Part shown: positions 27,767 through 37,400 of the stretch, one piece after another
How positions within the stretch are numbered: position 1 is the first letter of the stretch
Layout: every line of letters starts with the position of its first letter
Virus record (IMG/VR): IMGVR_UViG_3300025141_000133
Coordinates: 1 to 53,222 of that record
Source of the DNA: a virus
Lineage: Duplodnaviria > Caudoviricetes
Reading direction: 5' to 3' (one strand)
Length of the DNA stretch: 53,222 bases
Translations under genes and position numbers: made by a program
Notes under the pieces: model-generated
Told to the model about the DNA's origin: nothing
What the model saw: only the letters and a program-made list of their open reading frames with translations
Database searches by the model: none

Positions 27767-28003
27767 ATGGAGTCTAAAATGCTCAAGAAACAAACTCATA
27801 AGCAAAGGTAGTTGGCGTGGTGGTAACAGCCAAGACTCCATAATTAGAGGGAGAGTGCTCTTCACTTCAACCGCATGTCCAAAGCGATGCTCCTAAGAGT
27901 GCTTTCCCTCATAATATTAAAGGAAGGAGTGCCTACTCCGTAAGGACTGGCAAGGTTAATGGTCTCATCCATGACCTCCTCGACCTATAAGTGCTCCTTC
28001 CTT
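27767..28003 (+). ncRNA. Three consecutive long-stem structured elements
   Basis: Stems 27767-75/27833-41, 27847-62/27895-910 and 27920-32/27991-28003, with G-U pairs on the plus strand in the last two. Confidence 0.55.
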
Positions 28004-28033
28004 CCCTATTAGAAACAGAAAAGGAGACGAACA

Positions 28034-28213
28034 ATGGCAAAAGCAGGGAGACCCAAAGGAACCACAAGAGCTAACGGATACAAAGTGTCAAGCGGAAGAC
28101 CTAAAGGAGCAAAAAACATAATCCGTAAGACAGAAGGATCAAAGAACAGAACCCGCAAGACAAAAGGTTGGAATCTATATAAACTACCTAAATCTTGGGG
28201 TAAGTGGATCTAA
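28034..28213 (+). CDS. Basic AT-hook-like peptide (59 aa)
   Basis: MAKAGRPKGTTRANGYKVSSGRPKGAKN...; AAGGAG SD; below the ORF-track cutoff. Confidence 0.8.
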   Translation: MAKAGRPKGTTRANGYKVSSGRPKGAKNIIRKTEGSKNRTRKTKGWNLYKLPKSWGKWI

Positions 28214-28227
28214 ACTAAAAACAAAGT

Positions 28228-28284
28228 ACGTCTAAGGGGTGTAAAGGCTGTTACAGCTTTTATATCCCCCTAGGCGTTTTTTTT
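28228..28284 (+). terminator. Intrinsic terminator ending the plus-strand block
   Basis: Long stem acgtctaaggggtgtaaaggctg/cagcttttatatccccctaggcgt followed by a T-run. Confidence 0.85.
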
Positions 28285-28467
28285 ACACGTAGCAGTAGCT
28301 CTAATTGCTCGTATATGGAACTTTTACTAGAAATAGGTAGGTAGGGTTAGGTTCTATATAAAAATCCGAAATTTGGCAAAAAAACCAAAACCAGATTTCG
28401 ATTATTCAGTTTCTAAGTAAAAAGGTACTACCACCAGATTTTGGTTGAGTTTTCAGTGATGGTTTAC

Positions 28468-31400
28468 TTATTTAGCTTCTCCTAGAGATTCTTCTGATAG
28501 TATGTCTTCTTCTGAACCTCTATGATACTGTATAATTCCCGTTGGTGCTAATGCTGGTTCTTCTCTTCTCTTAATAAGTTCTTTGCTTATCCTATGAATA
28601 GGAACACCAGTAGCTTTTTCTACCAGCATAGAGGGATATTCTAGTGTACCTTTGATATCTCTGGCTATTCTACCGAAAGGAAACCACGTCCATACATGAT
28701 AATCTGCAAATCTACCCCAATCGTTCTTAAGTAAAGCACCCAATGGCCCCAAGATATGTCTAGCAATAGGAGGAGAAACAGCCTGTAGAGGAGCTATTGG
28801 TTTTGGAAGAGTACCAAAGAAGGCACGGTCACGCTCATGCTCATTACCAAAAAGGAGATCAGACATATCCTGTACATAATTCCAAGGAGGTGGCAAAGTA
28901 GACTCAAACATAGTAAGCGGGAACGCAGTAGCCATCGAGAACATAAATAAATCTGCCAGCCCCATACGCTTGAAACGATCAAACTCAGGAGTACCAGGTT
29001 GATAATCATATAACTTAGCACCCTTATATATATCTTTTCTAAACTTTAATGAGTTCCAAGCCCATAACTGAAATCTTGAGTAAACTCTGCCAAGTGACGT
29101 TCTAGAAAAAGCAGGTCGAGCTGCATTATTATATAAATACTGAGTACCCTCTACACCCTTCATAGCCATCTCAATTAACCAGGGATCATCACGTTCAAAT
29201 GCTACCTTATTAGCAGATAGCACTTCCATAGCATTAATATAATGAGCTAAGAACGCTCTTCTTCTTAGCTTCTGCTCCATAAACTTCATAAACCATGCTG
29301 ACTTCTCTATCCAAGCCTTAGTAAAGCCATGCTTATTACCAATCTCAAATACTGAAGCTCTAGAGATCTCAGTACCATCCTTATTGACTCGTGCAATAAG
29401 ATCATTGATAAAGTTAGCACCCCTCTTACTTCGGAGAGCTGGGTTAGCTTTTAGTTCAGATCTTAAAAATGATTCAATAGCACCATGTCTCTGGGTAAAC
29501 GCAGTATAATAGTCCCAATCACGACTTTCAGGATCACCTTTCTTCATAGGAATGTTGGAATTAAGAAAATCAAGACTACCAGCACTTTTCCAGTGTCTAA
29601 AGCCAGTAGATATCAGAGTATTGAGAGAACCTCCCCAAAAGTTATTTGCCATTGTTTTTGTATGTGTTAATAATGTCATAAGCTCCCACTTAGCTTCTAA
29701 ATTAGAGAAAAGATTAAGCTTGTAGGAAAGATCGTCTTCATTTAGAGTACCATCTTCATTCTTCCTTACCCAACCCTTTCCACCAAACCACTTAGTTGCT
29801 ATCTTATCCATCTTTTTCTTAACATGTTGATCAGATAGTAAATAGTAAAGAGTATTCTTAACAGGAAAATTTCTGTCTGCTATCCAGTTTTCTGGCATAC
29901 TAGACTTATACCCTAAAATATCTCTTAAATGTAAACGTCCAAATCTTGCCCATTGTTTTACTTGATCGGGCTTAAAAGTAGTTTTTGCAGTTTCGGAAAA
30001 GTCTTCCATAATTCTATGACCTGAAAGAGTAAACATTAGATTATAGTTTGCTTTTATAATCTGATTTATATAAGTACGATAAGCATCCATATCTTTAGCC
30101 CAGCTAGGAATAACATGACCATGTCTCGCCCTTGAAAGAGCATGGGACGGTCTTCTAAAAAGTCCTATACGCTCTACGTCTTTTTCTGTCATACCTTCAG
30201 TCATAATAAATTCTGCCATAGGATGAAGAGCCCCACCATCATCAAGCTGTGCCCTCATTGCTGTTGTTTCTAAGCTTACTCTGAGCTTTGCTAGTGCGGT
30301 TGCTGACTTACCTTCTGCCTTCGCTTTTTCTATTCGAGCTTCAATATACTGATCTTTAATTTTCTTAATATGGTCTCTATGGGGCCAATAATGTTCTACT
30401 TCAATCTCTCCTACTCCCTTAAAAGCAAATTTCCCCTTGGGTTTGTTAGTTCTAGGATGAATAGTTTCATCCAGATACCTTGACATTATATTTGCTCGTT
30501 TATCGGGATGCATGTCTTTAATCCTAACGCCATTAATTGTCATACGAGAGACAGCATACTCGTTAGATAAACGTAAAAGGTTTTCTAGTCCTACCTTTTT
30601 TAAATCAGCTTCTTTCCCTTGAAAAAGTACATCAGATATTTCTCGCTTTATTATCTCAGAGAATTTAATGTTTCCACTTTTATCTCTATAAGGAGCCACC
30701 CATTCATCATAATCATACTCACCTTTTATCCACTGATCTTTCATATTTGTGTTCAGCTTAGTAATCTTTCTATTTATAATCTCAATTATTTCTTTTCCTG
30801 TTTTAGTAACACGACCTTTCTTTTTACCCTCACTAGGAAAGTTATATATCTTATCCTTATAAATTTCGTATAGTTCATCAGCTTCTTTAGCATATTTTTC
30901 ATATTGTGGTTCGTTATGTTTACTTGCTAATGCCCTTTCTCTATACGCTATAGCTATATTTACTAGATCAGGAGCATCTTTTTCTAAGAGAAAAAGAAAT
31001 TCAAACTCATCGTTTACTCTTTTAGCCCACCTATCTGTAGTATTGGAAAACCATAGATTAGATTTGATACCCATGTCAACCATGCGACCATAGTGAGCTA
31101 TAGGAATAGCTACGTCCTTCTTGTATACCTTCCCGTCAGCAGCACGTACAGGTACGTTCTTTCTAGCAAACCAATTCAAATTGTAAGCAAGGTGCTTCTG
31201 AGAAATAGTGTCAGGAAAAAAGTAAAAATGAAACCACTTAAGAGCATAACCAGGATCATCCTTAGCCATATCTAATAAGAAATTGCGACCATGAAGACCA
31301 CGCCAATAATTTATAAAGACTTTTACATCCTCAATAGTAGCAGCACCTGGGAGAACACCAGCACCAGGAATTGGAATACCAAAGGTACCGCGAAGAGAAG

Positions 31401-34400
31401 TAATGCCAGGAAAAGATTTACTTATATTATGAAGTAAAGTAGGATGTTTTTGAAATATCCAACGTAGTTCCTTTCGTAATCTTTTAACCTCACGTGTTTC
31501 ATTTACTATACGCTTGTCTCTTGTTTTTACATCTACCCAACTATAGTCTTCAATACCTTCCCACATCTTTTTACTCATTTCATCGGCTGATGCTTCTGCT
31601 TTATCTCCAGTAACTTCTTTCTCAACCTCTTTCATTATTCTTTGTACTTTTGGGTCTTTAGAAGGTTTTTTACCCATAAATACAGCAACTTCTTCGCTAG
31701 TTATTGGTTCTCCAAGCTTGGTAGCAAGTTTATGATAATCATTTAGCCACCCTTCTATAATAGGCCTTGGTACTACAGGAGATTCAAATCCAAACGATCT
31801 AAGGTTATCACTGTAAGTAGAACCACTCATTGTTCCGATAAAATATTCAAAAAATGCTCTTTTACCAGTTGCTTCTCCTATTGTCTCAACATAACTCCTA
31901 ATAAGTGCATTAATCTCGTTGATAACTGGTGCTTTTCTTTCTACTGTACGTTCCCGTTTCTTTTTATTAATATCTAACATTCTTTGAGCATACTGTGTTA
32001 ATAGTTTATCAGCAGTCTTAAATATTTCTGTCAATTCTTCTGTTGTACCACCAGAATCAAGAAATGCTTTATTAGCCTTGAATACACGTCTTACGCTAGT
32101 GAGAGCAGCTAATGTTTTTGAATAGTAATCTCTTTTCTTGTCAAGATCTTTTATATTCTTTAAGTATTCAATAGGATCTTCACCTCGAGCAGTAGCAACT
32201 TTAAATTGAAGTTTACTTAGTACTTTCTCTCTAAAATAAATTGCTTCTTCAGAAGTACCATGAACAATTTCCTCTAATACTTTGCCAGCTTTAACTATTT
32301 CCTTTTCAGAGAGCCATTTAGATGGATCAGGATCATGTCTAACATTCCTAATAGCAGTAGCACGATACTCATCTAATGGAGATAACAGATCTCTTTTTAT
32401 ACCTTTACTCTCTATAGCACCTTCAGCCTGCCCATATCCTAAATAAGAGTTAGCAAGATCAGACTTTTCAGAAAGAGTTAAGCTTCTTTTTTTTGTATAA
32501 TCCCATCCACTAACCGCTTTATTTAGTTCTTCCATGCCACGATATATAGTACCACGAATAAGACCTACTGACTTCTCATTTTCTAATACATTTGCTACTC
32601 TTTTACCATCAGGAGTTACTATTTCAATCTTATCAAAAGCAGCTTTAAAAAGTATCTCTGTAAGTTTCTCTGGGTTTATTATGCCAGTATATTTAGCTGC
32701 GTCCGCTGCCATGTTTTGGATAGCCCTAGCATATAACCTTAGTTTCTTTCCTCCGTCCTTATTTGGTTTTAATACTATATAGAGCTCACCTTTTGGGTAT
32801 TCAACACTAATATTCTTCTTGGCCGCTGCTCTGATGTTTTTACTTCTTTTCCACTGACCTCTAGGAATAGTAAATGGTATTCTTTTTTCCTTGCCTTCAG
32901 TAATATCCTGAAGCATATGAATTCTTCTCTTCAAGTTGTTTGCAAGTCCTAACAACTTGTTACCTTTACGTGCATTATGAGAAATATAGAATCTTGTTAG
33001 TGGGTCTAACATACCAAATGGTGTCTTAGCCATATCTAGGTCTAAGTTACCTTCTTCCGAGAATATTTCTTCTAATTCTCTAGTTACAGGTTTCAGGAAT
33101 TTTTTGCCTTTATGCCATTCTTTAGATTGTTTTTTGATACTTTCTTTAAGTGACTTCGGTAGGTTCTGGTAAATATGTACCTTATCAATATCTAAGTCCA
33201 TCCCACCAAGGTAACCCATGTCCTCTGGGTGAAGTAGGATACCAGCTCCTTTCCTACCTGTGAATCCCATAAATTTGAGTATCCTAGTGCCAGAAACAGA
33301 GTCAGATGGCACACGAATAATAGCAAGCTCAAGAGCCTCATTAACTGACTCTATATCTGTTTTGATAGCTTTCCTATCTTTTGTAGGTACTCTTCTGAGT
33401 TTATTCTTTAATTCTGTACGACGAGATAGAAGCTGATCTAAGGTAAGGTTGGCTCTTATTCCATCAGCTTTTACAATAGTATAATTAGTTACAAAATTCT
33501 TCCACTTATTGTTTAAATAAAACTCACCAGGCCTCAAATTGATATCCTTTTGTAACCAAGGATCGTAGGGGACACCAATAGCTGTGCCACTATGTCCTAC
33601 TACGGGTTTTACAATACGTCTAGTAGCATACTTGGCTAGTATGCGATCAGTAGTAAATCTTACTAACTTAAAGTTAATTATTGGAGCAGATAAGGCACCT
33701 GCTTCTCCTAACATTATATCTGCTCTTCTTATAATATCTGTATCGAGCTCGCTTTCTTCAAACGTATTATTATCTAGTTCTTCAGTACGATTAGTAATTG
33801 GTTTCCCCTGAGCATGTAATAACATTTTCCAAAACTTTCTATACAGTGGGCTATCAGAAACAGTAACACCATCTACTAAGTCTATGATGCGGTCTAAGCT
33901 AACCTTTTCAAATCGTTCCTCTAGAATTTCACCTTCTGCCTCAAGAAATTCCTTTATATGCTTCTCTTCTCCAGTTTTAATATACTTATCCCATTTAGCA
34001 TTAACTTCTGGATCACCTGCAACAGCAGGAAGCAGAACTTTCTCAACAGCCTCGGCTACCACTTTTTTATCTATCTGAGAATTGTTGGCATTGCCTAGTA
34101 ATTGTTTGACTATCTGTACATTACTGGTTGCTCTTCTGACATGTTCATAGTTCCCTGGACTAATAGTAAGCCCACTATGTGGTATTGTATATATTTCAGG
34201 ATTAGGATCTATAACCTTAGTGTTCTCTGTATAAAAGTCTAGTTCACCCTTTTCATTAAGGTTTATGTCATACTTACTTCTCCTACCTAATTGTTTAGTA
34301 GCCGTGTCAAATATATAACCGTGCATATTCTTAGATTGTAGTTCTGTTGAAGCTTCTTTACCTGCTGAAAAATAAGCATATTTACCTAGTATTAGCCCTC

Positions 34401-37400
34401 TTCGCTTTCCAAAAAGCGTCTTAAGGGTGCTAGCAGGAACTTGAATTTCAGGTGATGGACTCTGATCAGTATATCTCATGAATCCTTTAAGAACAGCTCC
34501 ATCCTTAGGAATGCCAGCGTCCTTCGCCATAGCATTGAAGACATCATCACGTACTAAAAATACACCGTCAAGATGTGCGTCATAAGATTTGTTAAGCATA
34601 TCTTTTAAAATTTCTCTGTTCCATGACATTTTACCAAGCTTACCAGGAATAGCGTTAACGATAGCTAATCTAAATCCGTCTTTCATATCAGGAATATGTT
34701 GATACATAAGAGGATCCATAGTTGGCTCACCAGAATCAATAATTTGCATCCTTTGATTAAGTGTAATAGGGTCAGTAATAAATTGTCCTTCTCCTGATGT
34801 ATTATATTTAATTATGTCTTTTAGTGGCATACCACCATTCATTCTTTCTATAACTGCAGCAGTTGAATAGACAGACTGTGCATATATCTCTTCTGATTCC
34901 CTGTTCTCTATTTTCTTTCCTTTCTCTCTACCGTGGTTTATCATTATCCTAAATTTAGCAAGACCTTTATTGTACTGTGATCTTGCATTGTTGACAACAT
35001 TAGGATCGCTTATTTCCTCTATGAATGCGCGTGCCCAAGCAACAGCATTCTCAGGTTCAATCTGATGCGGAATAAAAATCATACGATTCTTATCTTTTAC
35101 ACCACTTAAGTATGTATAGCCACTTTTATGCTCTGAAAGAAAGATATTAGCTAAAGGATATCTCTTTTCTACTGTTGTAAAACCGCCTCTTTCAGTGGCT
35201 TCTTTACGGTTAACAATGAAATCGAATCCATCAAACTCCATGTCAAATAATTTTTCAACACTATAACGACGTTTAGGTGTCCCGTTACGGTTCCTTCCTA
35301 CAGTATCTACCCATTCTGCGTATTCTACTACTTTTCTAATTGATTTCTTAACACCTTCAGCTAACGGTAGCATCTCAAGGAATGATTGTGGCCGATCTCG
35401 TACTATTATATGAGCTTTTTGGCTCATATCTCCTCTGTCCTTTGTGTCTAGGAGAGTAAAATAACTTTGTGTTTCCCTCAGACTAGTCCTACGCCTGTTA
35501 AAGTACCGTCTTATACCATTCCATTCTTGGCTACCCTCTTCAAATGAAACTTCCCAACTACTTTTAAGATCATCCATAAACTTAAAAAAGTCTATGTTTT
35601 GTGTGATGTCTTGCGTTCTTTTATCCATCCATAACTGTATAGATTTCCTAGAACTTGTGGGATTAGCTTTCTGAATTGTACTTATTGTAGTTTCTAAAGA
35701 GTTATCAAATATATAAGAGTTTGTGTCATGATCCTCCACAGTATCTTTTATTTCTCTATTTTTTGTTTGTAAAGAGGTTTCAGCTGGTCTGTCTTCTGGT
35801 GATGTTACTTGCTCAGATGAAGCTAATTCTGGTTTAGCTTTATCAGGCTTGTTTATTAATTCAAATTGAAATTGCCATCTATTCTTATTCTGTTGGTATC
35901 CGCTTTTATCCCAACCTTCTAATTTTGACCATTCTTTAGGAGTAATATCACTTACTTTATAAGGAGCTTTAGTAACTCTGACAGTCACAGCTTTCTTAGA
36001 GTTTTTATCGTAAAAATCAAGTATATCGCCTACTTTTAAATTTTTAACATCTGATAAGTTTCTAGTAGTAGCAGTTCTATCTCCAGATAGAATTAAATCC
36101 ATAGTAGATTTCCCACTAAATTCTGGTCGCATCTTTCTACCGCCAGTACCATCCTTAAAATGCATTGGCATGGAGGGGGCGTCTCTGTGGAGGATAGATA
36201 TGGGGGCTGGAGCTTCTGCAGATATAGAAATAGCATCACGAAGAACACTTTTCATATTCGCTATTGCATCTGGATCATTAGCAATAGCACGATTACCAGC
36301 CACATTAAGAGTCTTAATATTATTTTCTTTTAACCAGCTAGATAATTCTTCTACAGTTGGATTAGCAATATAAGGTTTACCAATCTCAAGGGATTGATTC
36401 TTAGTAAGTTTTGAACCAGGAGAAGTTTCTTTACCAAACAAGACAGTACCATCAGAATCTTTTATATTTTGTATTGTACGTTTACGATAAACCTTAGGAT
36501 CAGCTTCGCCTTCTACCAACCCATATTCCTTTAATAATTTAGGCTTCTTTCCCTTAGAAGTTTGAAATCCAGGAGGAGCAGTACCACCTGTCTCCAATCC
36601 TATCTCTTTACCTACTTCAAGACCTATCTGATCTGCCCCAATCTGGCCCCCAGAAATAATCTTAGTTACACCTGCAGGTTTGACTTCAGCTGGAGTAGCT
36701 GCTGCTGCTTCTTCTTTTTCTACAACACGATTAATCTCTTCAACCCCTTTGCGCCATTTTGCAACTACTTCTTTAGGAGTTTTCTCTTTAATTTCTCTGG
36801 TATTATAATACTCTTCAGCGCTTTCTTTACCTTCGGTTCGTAATGTATATTCATACATTTCTAACATTTTCTTTATACTATGAACATTTATTCCTCTTTG
36901 AGCCCTTGAGTATCCCCAACTTGCAGGGTAGTCTATAAACTCATTCCGTATTGGCTCAGGCAATTCAGCAAGTTCAGCGGGAGACATAGTCTGTATTTTT
37001 TGGTTTAGATCAGCAAATTCTTGTGCTAATTTTTGAGCTTTAGGGTTATTTTTGACTGTTGGATGATCAGAGTTCCAGTTTATTTGCCGAATATCACTGT
37101 AACCAATATCTAATTCTAATGTCTCGGCATTTAATCGAGCAATCTCATCTATTATTTCTTGATTTTTTACGGATGGTTTTTTAGGAGATGGTGGAGGTTC
37201 AATTAATTCTCCTGTTTTAATGTCTCTTATATCGCCTTCAGCTGTTGCTACTACTCCTTCTTCTCCAATAGCTTTGAGATGTTCATAAGGATGCCAGCCA
37301 GTTTCCATATTATCATACCGTACAACCCAGCCCACTGCTGTTTCTCTTATCCTTTGAACTTGTGTGCCCTCCATCTCTTTTATCCCTTCAGGAAGGTCAA

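Noticed and set aside
27550-27777. 75-aa track ORF
   Set aside because: The overlapping 43-aa membrane ORF (27629..27760) has the SD and translational coupling.
27767-28003. tRNA genes
   Set aside because: No T-loop GTTCRA or cloverleaf; none seen elsewhere by eye.
16343-28213. Integrase/repressor lysogeny module
   Set aside because: No tyrosine or serine recombinase or CI-like motif recognised, and no host genes flank the phage.
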